Origin: Dehalococcoidales bacterium
GTDB lineage: Bacteria > Chloroflexota > Dehalococcoidia > Dehalococcoidales > ARS1013
Length of the DNA: 28,548 bases
NCBI GenBank assembly: GCA_030641585.1
Contig: DAOWHE010000066.1
Coordinates: 1 to 28,548 of the forward strand
Direction: 5' to 3'
The position numbers and the translations under genes are program-made. Positions 1 to 8,654 of this stretch are shown here, piece after piece. Numbering within the stretch: the stretch's first letter is position 1; each line of letters begins with the position of its first letter. The notes under the pieces are model-generated. The model was given only the letters and a program-made list of their open reading frames with translations, ran no database searches and was not told the DNA's origin.

Positions 1-558
1 CTTTAGCTGACGGGCAAGAATTGCATCCCCGGTTAACGTCGTCAGTGAGACCAGGTGCACATGCTCAGCAATTTTGATCATATCCAGCACTGCCTCAAGT
101 GCTGAGTTACCACCGCCGACTACTGCCACCCTCTGGCCAGTAAAAAGGGGACCATCACAGATGGCACAGTAACTAACCCCTTTGCCGATAAACTTAGCCT
201 CTCCCGATACATTCAGTTTCCTGGGTTTCTTGCCGGTGGCCAGGATAGCTACCCTTGCTTTATATTTATCGCCGCTTTCAGCGGTGGCTTCAAATCCACC
301 GTCAATCTTGGTCAGACGAGAAACCTTTTCACCGATTTTTTGGTCAATAGGAAACTGGCTCACCTGGTCCTGGAACTTGCCGATGAGTTCCGGCCCCTCA
401 ATAAACTGATAGCCCAGGTAGTTCTCAATGCCCAAGGTCATAGTCATCTGGCCACCGATGTTTTCGCTGATAAGCAGGGTTTTGAGCTGCTTGCGCGCCG
501 CATAGACGCTGGCCGCCAGTCCGGCAGGACCACCACCTAGTATCATCAAGTCATACAC
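1..558 (-). CDS. trxB: Thioredoxin reductase / AhpF-C-terminal-like FAD-dependent disulfide oxidoreductase, partial (runs off the left edge)
   Basis: Absent from the ORF track; translated by hand from GTG at 558: MYDLMILGGGPAGLAASVYAARK...ENYLG...ATG...GVSYCAICDGPLF...VVGGGNSALE. It has a GxGxxG FAD motif, a redox CxxC (CAIC) and the NAD(P)H motif GGGNSA. An AGAGG RBS lies upstream and there is no stop before position 1. Confidence 0.88.
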   Translation of the reverse strand, partial: MYDLMILGGGPAGLAASVYAARKQLKTLLISENIGGQMTMTLGIENYLGYQFIEGPELIGKFQDQVSQFPIDQKIGEKVSRLTKIDGGFEATAESGDKYKARVAILATGKKPRKLNVSGEAKFIGKGVSYCAICDGPLFTGQRVAVVGGGNSALEAVLDMIKIAEHVHLVSLTTLTGDAILARQLK

Positions 559-628
559 GGCGCTACCTCTTTAGACAAATTAGTCACCGCCAAGCACACT
601 GGTTATCACTAGACCATTAAGTAGGGAC

Positions 629-657
629 ATCTTATTACCACGCGTGGCAGATGTCAA
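629..657 (-). promoter_or_regulatory. Sigma70-type promoter for trxB
   Basis: Minus strand TTGACA (657-652), 17-nt spacer, TAAGAT (634-629). The spacer contains the perfect palindrome CCACGCGTGG (638-647). Confidence 0.6.
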
Positions 658-747
658 GATTTCTTGTTAGCAGATGGGCTAACCTTTGTTTTACTTTCTG
701 ACCGGTAGTGTGCCCTATCATTCGCTTTTTAGACAGCCCGGAGAGTG

Positions 748-776
748 TTGACAGGGAAAGAGTTTGGGGCTATTAT
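748..776 (+). promoter_or_regulatory. Sigma70-type promoter for the ferritin-fprA-ferritin-sod operon
   Basis: TTGACA (748-753), 17 nt, TATTAT (771-776). Confidence 0.65.
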
Positions 777-889
777 TTATTACACTCCACCGGGTTCAAT
801 TGATGAGAGTATGCTAAAGGCCACGGTCTCGGCTAAGAAGAAGGAGAAAGCCAGTAAGTAGCCTATCAAGACTCTCGAGGAGATTGACA

Positions 890-1420
890 ATGGAAAGTGA
901 GAAGGACAAAGCCCTACAAGCACTTCAAATTGCTATCCAGATGGAAATCGATGGCAAGGAATATTACCAGAAGGTAAGCCGGAGTAGTAATAACCAACTG
1001 GGCAGGGAACTCTTTAAGTCTTTATCCGCTGAAGAAGACTTTCACCGGCAGAAGTTTGAGGAAATATATGAGGCTATCAGGAGTAAAAAAGCCTGGCCCG
1101 AGACTGACTTTCAGCCTGATGGGGGCAAAAGACTGAGAACCATATTTGCTGGAGCGATAGAGAGGATAGGCTCAGATATAAAAGCTCCCGCTTCTGAGCT
1201 TGAGGCCATAGAAACAGCAATGGATATGGAAAATAAAACCTATGATTTCTATACAAGCCAAGGCAAAATTGCTACCTATGATGCTGAGAGAGGCTTCTAC
1301 GATGCTCTGGCTGTCCAAGAGAGGGGGCACCATCTGGTCCTGCTTGACTGCTATGAGTATCTTAAAGACCCGGCCGGGTGGTTTGTCTCCAAAGAGCATC
1401 CCTCCCTGGATGGTGGCTGA
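890..1420 (+). CDS. Ferritin-like / rubrerythrin-family diiron protein without a rubredoxin domain
   Basis: Two-fold diiron pattern: E(ME) ... EEDFH ... E(MEN) ... QERGH. ATG 890 is preferred over the track's TTG 884 because of the GAGGAG RBS spacing. Confidence 0.85.
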   Translation: MESEKDKALQALQIAIQMEIDGKEYYQKVSRSSNNQLGRELFKSLSAEEDFHRQKFEEIYEAIRSKKAWPETDFQPDGGKRLRTIFAGAIERIGSDIKAPASELEAIETAMDMENKTYDFYTSQGKIATYDAERGFYDALAVQERGHHLVLLDCYEYLKDPAGWFVSKEHPSLDGG

Positions 1421-1463
1421 GCAGGCAATAAACATATTGAAGCCAGTGAAAGGATAGAGTAGG

Positions 1464-2648
1464 ATGAGACCCAGAGAGATAAGACCTAGGGTCTACTGTG
1501 TAGGAGCTATTGACTGGGACAGGCGGTTATTTGATGCCCTTATACCACTTCCCGACGGCACCAGTTATAACTCATATCTAATCAAGGGCAGTGAAAAAAC
1601 GGCTCTTATTGATTCGGTTGACCCCACTACGCAGGATGTGCTGATAAATCATCTGAATCAACTTGGGATTAAGAATATAGATTATGTGATTGCCAATCAT
1701 GCGGAGCAGGACCACTCCGGCGCTATCCCCCGAGCCCTTGAGAAATACCCTCAGGCAAAGGTCATCGCTACACCCAAATGTAAAGGGGTGCTCGCAGACC
1801 TGCTCATGATTCCAGAGGATAAGATTATAACGGTCAGCGACAAAGAGACCCTGTCGCTGGGAGATAAAACCCTGGAATTTATTTATGCCTCCTGGGTTCA
1901 TTGGCCAGAGACAATGCTTACCTACTTGAGGGAAGACAAAATACTTTTCCCCTGTGATCTCTTTGGTTCCCATCTAGCCACCACTGACTTGTATGTTACT
2001 GATGAAGGGCAGGTCTACGAGGCATCTAAGAGGTACTATGCGGAAATCATGATGCCCTTCCGAACAAGCATCCAGAAGCACTTAGAGAAGATAGAGGACT
2101 ACGCAATTGACATCATCGCTCCCAGCCACGGTCCCGTGTATGACAAACCAGAGTTCATCCTGAAAGCGTATCATAACTGGGTCTTTGATGAACCCAAAAA
2201 CATTGTAGTTTTACCCTATATCTCGATGCATGGCAGCACCCGTAAGATGGTTGAATATCTTGTCGAAGCCCTAACCCAGAGGGGCGTGACGGTGAAGCAA
2301 TTCGACCTAGCAGTAACTGACATCGGAAAACTAGCGATGGCATTAGTGGATGCGGCGACAATGATTATCGGGACGCCCACAGTTCTAACTGGTCCGCACC
2401 CGAATGTTGCCTATGCTGCCTTCTTAGCAAACGTTCTGCGGCCGAAGCTGAAATTCGTCTCTATCATTGGCTCCTATGGCTGGGGAGGCAGGACTGTTGA
2501 ACAACTCGCCGGGATGCTCTCCAACCTAAAGGTAGAATTATTGGAGCCTGTGCTTAGCAAGGGGTTCCCCAGAGAAGCCGATTTTAAGGCTCTGGATAAT
2601 CTGGCTGAAACTATTGCTAAAAAACATAAAGAGCTCAACTTCGTTTAA
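1464..2648 (+). CDS. fprA: Flavodiiron protein (A-type flavoprotein, O2/NO reductase family): metallo-beta-lactamase domain plus flavodoxin domain
   Basis: Motifs G(T)SYNSYLI, HAEQDHSG, HWPE, CDLFG, PSHG, flavodoxin loop SMHGST, and GSYGWGG. Confidence 0.93.
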   Translation: MRPREIRPRVYCVGAIDWDRRLFDALIPLPDGTSYNSYLIKGSEKTALIDSVDPTTQDVLINHLNQLGIKNIDYVIANHAEQDHSGAIPRALEKYPQAKVIATPKCKGVLADLLMIPEDKIITVSDKETLSLGDKTLEFIYASWVHWPETMLTYLREDKILFPCDLFGSHLATTDLYVTDEGQVYEASKRYYAEIMMPFRTSIQKHLEKIEDYAIDIIAPSHGPVYDKPEFILKAYHNWVFDEPKNIVVLPYISMHGSTRKMVEYLVEALTQRGVTVKQFDLAVTDIGKLAMALVDAATMIIGTPTVLTGPHPNVAYAAFLANVLRPKLKFVSIIGSYGWGGRTVEQLAGMLSNLKVELLEPVLSKGFPREADFKALDNLAETIAKKHKELNFV

Positions 2649-2669
2649 GTTTAATTAAGGAAGAAACCA

Positions 2670-3515
2670 ATGGACAAAGATAAAATCATCACTTTACTAA
2701 ATAAGGACCTTGAGGATGAGCACGGCGCCATCATTCAATACCTGAGCCACGCCTACGCTATCGGTGAGGGGGAGATGGCCTGCGAGATTGAGGCCATCGC
2801 CCGTGAGGAGATGCGCCACCTGGACTGGCTGGCTGAAGCTATAGTTGAGCTTGGTGGCACTCCTAGCCTGGGGAGGGGAAAGATGCTTATGGAAGGCAAG
2901 TCTGTGGCTGAGTGGATGGAAAACGGTGTTTCCTTAGAAGAAGGAGCCGTAGCCCAGTATAAGGAGCATATTAAGCTTACCCAAGACCCCAAAATAAAAC
3001 GCTTGTTACGTCGTATCCTGTCTGATGAAGAAGCGCACCACGGTCAATTTGAACACTTTGTAGAGAAGGTGCGACAGGAAGGGACCAAAGACCTTAGGGG
3101 TACTCGTCAGGACAGAATGGCCCAGATTCTTAATTGGGGCATTGAGCATGAGTACACCGTTATTCTCCAATATTTGCTCCAATCGTATATGACAACCGAT
3201 GAAGAGGCTAAGAAGCAACTGCAAGACCAGGCTATTAACGAGATGCAGCACCTTGGCTGGCTTGCCGAGAAGATGGTTGATGGTGGTGGCAGCCCAAGGA
3301 TTGAGCACACTGAGGTTGATAGGTCAACCACAACCGGGGATATGCTCCGAGTCGACATCAAGACTGAGCAGGAGGCGACGGTTGCCTATGACCGTGCCGC
3401 CAGGGAGACCGAAGACTCTGACCTGAAAAAGCTTCTCCTTCGGATAAGAGACCATGAGATATACCATGCTGAGGTATTTAGTGACCTGCTGAAGGATGAG
3501 GAACCGCCAGACTAG
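2670..3515 (+). CDS. Tandem ferritin-like (bacterioferritin-like) diiron protein with two fused domains
   Basis: Domain 1: DEHGAIIQY / EEMRH / EEGAVAQY / DEEAH. Domain 2: HEYTVILQY / NEMQH / EQEATVAY / HEIYH. Confidence 0.82.
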   Translation: MDKDKIITLLNKDLEDEHGAIIQYLSHAYAIGEGEMACEIEAIAREEMRHLDWLAEAIVELGGTPSLGRGKMLMEGKSVAEWMENGVSLEEGAVAQYKEHIKLTQDPKIKRLLRRILSDEEAHHGQFEHFVEKVRQEGTKDLRGTRQDRMAQILNWGIEHEYTVILQYLLQSYMTTDEEAKKQLQDQAINEMQHLGWLAEKMVDGGGSPRIEHTEVDRSTTTGDMLRVDIKTEQEATVAYDRAARETEDSDLKKLLLRIRDHEIYHAEVFSDLLKDEEPPD

Positions 3516-3532
3516 AGAAGGGGGAAAAACCA

Positions 3533-4135
3533 ATGGCTTACACGGCAAAAGACTTTAGTAATCTCATTGATATGGAGGGTTTTAGTAAGACCCTGCTCAA
3601 GAACCACTTTACTCTCTACCAGGGCTATGTGACCAATACCAATAAGCTTATGGACTTGCTGACCGCCATGTTGAAAGAGGGCAAGGTGGGCACTCCACAA
3701 TATGCCGAACTAAAGCGACGGATGGGCTTTGAGTTTAATGGCATGCGCTTGCACGAGTATTACTTCGGGAACCTTGGTGGCACAAGGGCTCTGGACAGAG
3801 CGAGTAGGCTGGGCAAAAGGCTGGCTGAGGACTTTGATAGCTATGAGGATTGGGAGAGGGATTTTAAGGGTACGGCAATGATGCGCGGCATTGGCTGGGC
3901 CATTCTGTATCAGGACAATGTAACGGGAAACCTCTTCAACCAGTGGATTAATGAGCATGAGACCGGCCATCCGGCTGGTTGTATCCCCGTTTTAGTAATG
4001 GATGTCTTTGAACATGCCTTTATTACTGATTATGGGTTAAAGCGAGCTGACTATATAGAAGCCTTCTTCAAGAACATAAACTGGGGAGTGGTTGAGGGGC
4101 GGCTGAAACAGGCGGCATACGCCAGCAGTTCTTGA
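3533..4135 (+). CDS. sod: Fe/Mn superoxide dismutase
   Basis: Metal-ligand motifs NHFTLYQGYV, LHEYYF and MDVFEHAF, plus GIGWAIL; 200 aa. Confidence 0.9.
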   Translation: MAYTAKDFSNLIDMEGFSKTLLKNHFTLYQGYVTNTNKLMDLLTAMLKEGKVGTPQYAELKRRMGFEFNGMRLHEYYFGNLGGTRALDRASRLGKRLAEDFDSYEDWERDFKGTAMMRGIGWAILYQDNVTGNLFNQWINEHETGHPAGCIPVLVMDVFEHAFITDYGLKRADYIEAFFKNINWGVVEGRLKQAAYASSS

Positions 4136-4183
4136 GTTGCTTGATAAGCAGGGTTGAGAGATGCTCGTCTTTGCCCACAACTA

Positions 4184-4213
4184 TTGACATTACAAGCGGA
4201 AATGGGTTATCCT
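4184..4213 (+). promoter_or_regulatory. Sigma70-type promoter for the microprotein gene
   Basis: TTGACA (4184-4189), 18 nt, TATCCT (4208-4213). Confidence 0.45.
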
Positions 4214-4241
4214 GACAGCCAAAAAAGAGGGGGGTAAAGTG

Positions 4242-4382
4242 ATGCAAGCATATTGTGTTAAATGTCGCGCTAAGAGGGAAATGAGGGACGCCAGAGCGAT
4301 AACTATGAAAAATGGTCGGCCGGCAACACAGGGCGTTTGTCCCGATTGTGGCACCAAGATGTTTAGAATAGGCAAGGGTTAA
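4242..4382 (+). CDS. 46-aa basic zinc-ribbon microprotein (DUF5679-like)
   Basis: Below the track's length cutoff. Translation: MQAYCVKCRAKREMRDARAITMKNGRPATQGVCPDCGTKMFRIGKG. It has two CxxC pairs and a G-rich RBS (GAGGGGGG) upstream. Confidence 0.85.
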   Translation: MQAYCVKCRAKREMRDARAITMKNGRPATQGVCPDCGTKMFRIGKG

Positions 4383-4698
4383 AATTTTATTACTGCCCTA
4401 GAAAAATAGTAAACAGGTAGATAGGCCGCATAGCATTAGACAAGCAGCGAGTTCTTCTGTTGCTGGTTACTTTACATAAGGATATTCAGTGGCCAGTGTG
4501 TTAATATGTGTATTTTGCACATTACCTCTATTTTGGACGCCAGCCGTAGTTAGCTATAGACATGCATCATTAAGACCGTGGTACAGGGTTTTTGCCTGCC
4601 TATAAGAGCATTTCCCTTTTTCTGTAATTACTTCGCCTTGTCTCTGGTTGTTCATATCCTATGATTAGTGTGACCAAGCGACCGGTTCCGGTGAGGTT

Positions 4699-5340
4699 TT
4701 GGCGTTGAATAGAAAAGTAGAAGCCATCGAGGTTATCAGGAGGCTTGAGCAAGAGTATCCCGGTGCCAAGATAGCACTTGAATTTTCAGACCCGCTGGAG
4801 CTTCTGGTAGCCACTGTCCTTTCCGCTCAGTGCACCGATGAAATGGTCAATAAGGTAACCGCTAGCCTGTTTAGGAAGTATCGCACTGCTGATGACTATG
4901 CTAATGCTGACCTTGAGCAATTTGAGCGGGAGATAAGGTCAACCGGTTTTTATCGCAGTAAAGCAAGGAATATTATTGGTGCTGCCAGGTTAATGGTAGC
5001 CGATTTTGGTGCTCAGGTGCCAGCGACGATGGCTGAACTTATCACCCTGCCCGGGGTTGCCCGCAAGACAGCCAATATAGTGCTTTACAACGGCTATGGC
5101 GTTACTCACGGTATAGCTGTGGACACTCATGTTAGGCGCCTTTCAAGGCGCCTTGGCTTAAGCCAAAACAATGACCCGAATAAGATTGAGCAGGACCTGA
5201 TGAAGCAAGTCCCAAAAGCTAAGTGGGGTCACTTCTCCTATCTTCTGATTGAGCACGGTCGTGCTGTTTGTCAGGCAAGGAAGCCCAAGTGTGATGTTTG
5301 TCTTCTCAGCGATATCTGCCCCTCGGCTTTTAAGGTGTAG
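4699..5340 (+). CDS. nth: Endonuclease III (HhH-GPD glycosylase/AP lyase with a [4Fe-4S] cluster)
   Basis: LLVATVLSAQCTD, HhH motif LPGVARKTAN, VDTH, and the C-terminal C-x6-C-x2-C-x5-C motif (CQARKPKCDVCLLSDIC). Confidence 0.95.
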   Translation: MALNRKVEAIEVIRRLEQEYPGAKIALEFSDPLELLVATVLSAQCTDEMVNKVTASLFRKYRTADDYANADLEQFEREIRSTGFYRSKARNIIGAARLMVADFGAQVPATMAELITLPGVARKTANIVLYNGYGVTHGIAVDTHVRRLSRRLGLSQNNDPNKIEQDLMKQVPKAKWGHFSYLLIEHGRAVCQARKPKCDVCLLSDICPSAFKV

Positions 5341-5450
5341 TTGGTGTACTTTCGTGCTTGAGAAAAGAGGTACTTGGTAATTGGCTAAGGAATATCGCTT
5401 CATTATCCCAGGCAGAGCTTACTCATGATGGGAAAAGAAGCTGTTTAGCA

Positions 5451-5620
5451 GGGGTGTCTAAGAGGGGCGAAGCCCCTCTTTTTAATATTCTTACCTCTCT
5501 CCTTGGAAGGAGAGGGGGACTAAGCGGGTCCCCAGGAAAATCTTCGATTTTCCTGGGTGCTTTAAAGGGGTGAGGCTTCGCCCTAGAGGGCTCAAGCCCG
5601 AAGGGTTGATAAATAACCTA
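5451..5620. repeat. REP/MITE-like composite hairpin element between convergent nth and nuoN
   Basis: Inverted repeats: AAGAGGGGC-GAA-GCCCCTCTT (5460-5480), CTCTCCTT-GG-AAGGAGAG (5497-5514), CCCAGGAAAATC-TTC-GATTTTCCTGGG (5531-5557), GGC-TTC-GCC (5574-5582), GGGC-TCAA-GCCC (5588-5599) and CCC-GAA-GGG (5597-5605). Confidence 0.6.
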
Positions 5621-5623
5621 CAG

Positions 5624-7084
5624 CTAAAAGCCGAACATGCTGGTTGCCATTTCAGCCAGCTTTATTATAAAGTCAGGAGCGATGCCCAAAAGTAAGATGC
5701 CGAGGCAGGAAATAGCCAGAGCCAGCCTTAGAGTAAAAGAGGAAGGCACCTTCCCCTCACCAACTGGCTCATTAAGCCACATTACTTTTACTACTCTGAG
5801 ATAGTAGTAGGCTGATATGGTGCTATTTAGGACAGCAATAATCACCAGCCATAATAGGCCGTTAGAAACGGCGTCGCTGAAGATGTAGAACTTGGCTATA
5901 AAGCCGGCGGTTGGTGGCAGACCGATAAGGGAGATGAGGCCCAGACTCAGAGCTAAGGCTAGTATCGGCGCCTGCTTTCCCATGCCGGCATAGTCCGAAA
6001 TTTGGTCACTACCGAGCTTACCCGAAACAGCGATGACAGTGATAAAGGCGGCTAGGTCGGCCAGGGTAAAGGCAACTACATAGAAGAGGATACTGCTCTG
6101 GGCTAGAGTATCCGTAGTTGGTGATAGCCCGATGGCGGCCAGTCCTATCATTATATAACCGGCGTGGGCGATGCTGGAGTAAGCCAGCATACGCTTAATG
6201 TTAGCCTGCTGAATGGCGACCACATTGCCCAGTGTCATACCGATGGCACCAAGTATGGCAAATATCATCCCCCAGTCCAGGCTCAGCGGCTCTGGCAGTG
6301 CGAAAGCAGAGTAGAAAACCCGCAGGATGACGGCAAAGCCAGCGACTTTACTGCCTACCGAGAGATAGAGGGTTATTGGTGTTGGTGCCCCCTCATAAAC
6401 ATCGGGCACCCACATGTGAAAGGGTACGGCGGCAATCTTAAAGCCGAAGCCGGCTATCATCAGTACTAAGCCCAGTATAAGCCCCGGGTTAGCTAGAAGG
6501 CTTTGTGTGCTCATCCCTTTGATGACTTGAGCAATTTCTGGGAGTTGGGTGGTGCCGGTAAAACCAAAGGTGAGCGCCATGCCAAAGAGCAATACTGCCG
6601 AGGCAACCCCACCCAGCAAAACGAATTTTAAAGAGGCTTCGGTTGATTTTTTGTCTTTTAGGAAACCGACCAGAACATAGAAGGAGATTGCAGCCAGCTC
6701 CAGAGCTACGAAGATGGAGATTAGGTCAGTGGCCGCCGTCATCAGCATCATGCCTAGCGTGGCCAGAAGCACCAGGGCATGGTATTCTCCATGAAAGCGG
6801 GCAAACTTGGAGACATAATCTACCGAGACCAGGATAACGAGGACGGCAATACCTAAAAACAACAGCTTGAAGAAAAGGGCATAGTTATCCACCGCCAGCA
6901 TATTGTTGAAGATAGCCTGAGGAGCCGTGCCCCACATGGTTATGGCAAAGCCAGCGGCTATGGCTAAACCAGCTATGCTGACCACTGTCAGCAGTCCCTT
7001 GCGCTCAGTAAAAAGGTCAAGCATGATTACCGCTATAGCGGTAATCAGAAGGCTTAGCTCTGGCAGAAGTAGCTCAAGATTCAA
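5624..7084 (-). CDS. nuoN: NADH-quinone oxidoreductase subunit N
   Basis: Antiporter-like membrane protein with ALELAAISFY, EASLKF, FKIAAVPFHMWVPDVYEG and KRMLAYSSIAHAGY; last gene of the operon. Confidence 0.93.
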   Translation of the reverse strand: MNLELLLPELSLLITAIAVIMLDLFTERKGLLTVVSIAGLAIAAGFAITMWGTAPQAIFNNMLAVDNYALFFKLLFLGIAVLVILVSVDYVSKFARFHGEYHALVLLATLGMMLMTAATDLISIFVALELAAISFYVLVGFLKDKKSTEASLKFVLLGGVASAVLLFGMALTFGFTGTTQLPEIAQVIKGMSTQSLLANPGLILGLVLMIAGFGFKIAAVPFHMWVPDVYEGAPTPITLYLSVGSKVAGFAVILRVFYSAFALPEPLSLDWGMIFAILGAIGMTLGNVVAIQQANIKRMLAYSSIAHAGYIMIGLAAIGLSPTTDTLAQSSILFYVVAFTLADLAAFITVIAVSGKLGSDQISDYAGMGKQAPILALALSLGLISLIGLPPTAGFIAKFYIFSDAVSNGLLWLVIIAVLNSTISAYYYLRVVKVMWLNEPVGEGKVPSSFTLRLALAISCLGILLLGIAPDFIIKLAEMATSMFGF

Positions 7085-7136
7085 AACCTGCTCCTTTACC
7101 TCTCATGTTACTACTAAGTTAAAACTATCAAGTCCC

Positions 7137-8630
7137 TTATCCGCCAAATAAGGCGGCTATGGGAGCGATACCGGTTCTAAAGACATCGGTCAAAATCATC
7201 GGGTAAAGACCAACCAAAAAGATAAGAGCAATAAAGATAGCGCAATATATCTTCTCTAGGTTGTCGGCGTCCCTAACCTGGTTAAATTTCTCCAGCACTG
7301 GACCGAAGAATACCCGCTGCAAGAGCCACAGTGTGTAGGCTGCCGCCAGTAGAATACCCAGCAGGGAGATGATGGTGTAGATTTGAACACCACTAACGAC
7401 GTTGCTGGCAAAAGCACCCAGAAAGATGGTAACCTCGGCGATAAAGCCGCTGGTGGTGGGCACGCCCATAGCACCCAGTCCAGCGATGGTAAATATGACG
7501 GCTATAGCTGGCATCTGCCGGGCCAGGCCACCTAGCTTGGAGATGTCGCGCTCCCCGGTATTGTGCATAACTATGCCGGCGACGGCAAACAGGAGTCCGG
7601 TAATGATGCCGTGGCTGAACATCTGCAAACCGGCGCCAACCAGGCTTGCCTCGCCCAAAGCAAAAATGCCGAGCAGGACAAAGCCCATATGACTGATGCT
7701 GCTATAGGCGATTAGCCTCTTAATGTCGGTCTGCTTTAGTGTTACTGCTGCTCCATAGACCACGTTGACTGCTGCTAGACCAAGGAGCAGAGGAGCATAA
7801 TCCTGGGCGGCCTGAGGGAAGATACCGATGGAAATGCGAATCATGGCGTAGCCACCCATCTTAATCAGTGTCCCGGCCAGTATCACGCTGACTGCGGTTG
7901 GGGCATCGGTATGAGCATCAGGCAGCCAGGTATGCAAGGGAATGATAGGCAATTTTACGGCAAAGCCAGCTAGTAGCAGGAAGAAGATAGCCGCCAGTGG
8001 GATGCTGGTAACTAGCGGGGCGAGGTCGGTCTGGGCTATCTCTACCATATTGAGGGAGCCGGTAGTGAAGTAGAGACTCAGGATGCCAGCCAGCATCAGG
8101 GCACCACCAAACAGGGTATAGAGAACATACTTCATGGCTGAGTATTCTTTTCTGCCGGCTCCCCAGATGGAGATTAGGAAGTACATGGGGATAATCTCTA
8201 TCTCCCAGAAGATAAAGAACAGTAGCAGGTCAAGAGAAGTAAATACGCCGAGGATGCTTGTCTCAAGCAGCAGCAGCCAGGCAAAATACTCCCGCACTCT
8301 TAAGTTCATCTTCCAGGAAAGAAGGACTGCCAGAAAACCAAGCAGGCTCATTAGCACTACCAGCGGTAGGCTTAGGCCATCGACACCCAGATGGTAGTTG
8401 GCGTTAATCAGCGGAATCCATGATGCGAATTCCTCAAACTGCATTTGCCCAGCCATTGCCGCTGACCTGTCGAAAGCGGCGAATAGCCCCAGGGAGATGG
8501 CCAGTGGGATAAGAGTAAAAAGGGCGGCGATGTACTTGATTTGCCTTGAGGAGAGACGTGGCACCAGAGCAATAATAATTGCTCCTGCTACTGGCAGAAA
8601 GATAATGGTTGAAAGATAGTTAAAGCTCAA
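7137..8630 (-). CDS. nuoM: NADH-quinone oxidoreductase subunit M
   Basis: LGVDGLS, FFIFWEIEIIPMY, FAVKLPIIPLHTWLPDAH, LIKMGGY and KRLIAYSSISHMG. Confidence 0.94.
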   Translation of the reverse strand: MSFNYLSTIIFLPVAGAIIIALVPRLSSRQIKYIAALFTLIPLAISLGLFAAFDRSAAMAGQMQFEEFASWIPLINANYHLGVDGLSLPLVVLMSLLGFLAVLLSWKMNLRVREYFAWLLLLETSILGVFTSLDLLLFFIFWEIEIIPMYFLISIWGAGRKEYSAMKYVLYTLFGGALMLAGILSLYFTTGSLNMVEIAQTDLAPLVTSIPLAAIFFLLLAGFAVKLPIIPLHTWLPDAHTDAPTAVSVILAGTLIKMGGYAMIRISIGIFPQAAQDYAPLLLGLAAVNVVYGAAVTLKQTDIKRLIAYSSISHMGFVLLGIFALGEASLVGAGLQMFSHGIITGLLFAVAGIVMHNTGERDISKLGGLARQMPAIAVIFTIAGLGAMGVPTTSGFIAEVTIFLGAFASNVVSGVQIYTIISLLGILLAAAYTLWLLQRVFFGPVLEKFNQVRDADNLEKIYCAIFIALIFLVGLYPMILTDVFRTGIAPIAALFGG

Positions 8631-8654
8631 TTATCCCACCTCCTTTGTCAACGC

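Noticed and set aside
745-861. 38-codon ORF (GTG...MLTGKEFGAIIYYTPPG...KKKEKASK) upstream of the ferritin gene
   Set aside because: It overlaps the predicted -35/-10 promoter, has poor RBS spacing and no recognisable motif.
1400-1462. Selenocysteine read-through or a special C-terminal tag in the ferritin-like protein (ends LDGG-TGA)
   Set aside because: There is no Cys/Sec redox context or evident SECIS hairpin. The tail does not match the encapsulin cargo-peptide consensus, and the fold is not ubiquitin-like.
4390-4690. ncRNA or operator in the 300-bp gap before nth (imperfect ATGTGTA-TTT-TGCACAT repeat)
   Set aside because: Only short imperfect stems; the spacing does not match CRP/FNR and no known RNA signature is recognisable.
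5451-5620. CRISPR array or IS element in the hairpin cluster
   Set aside because: There is no regular repeat-spacer periodicity, no transposase ORF and no clear target-site duplication.
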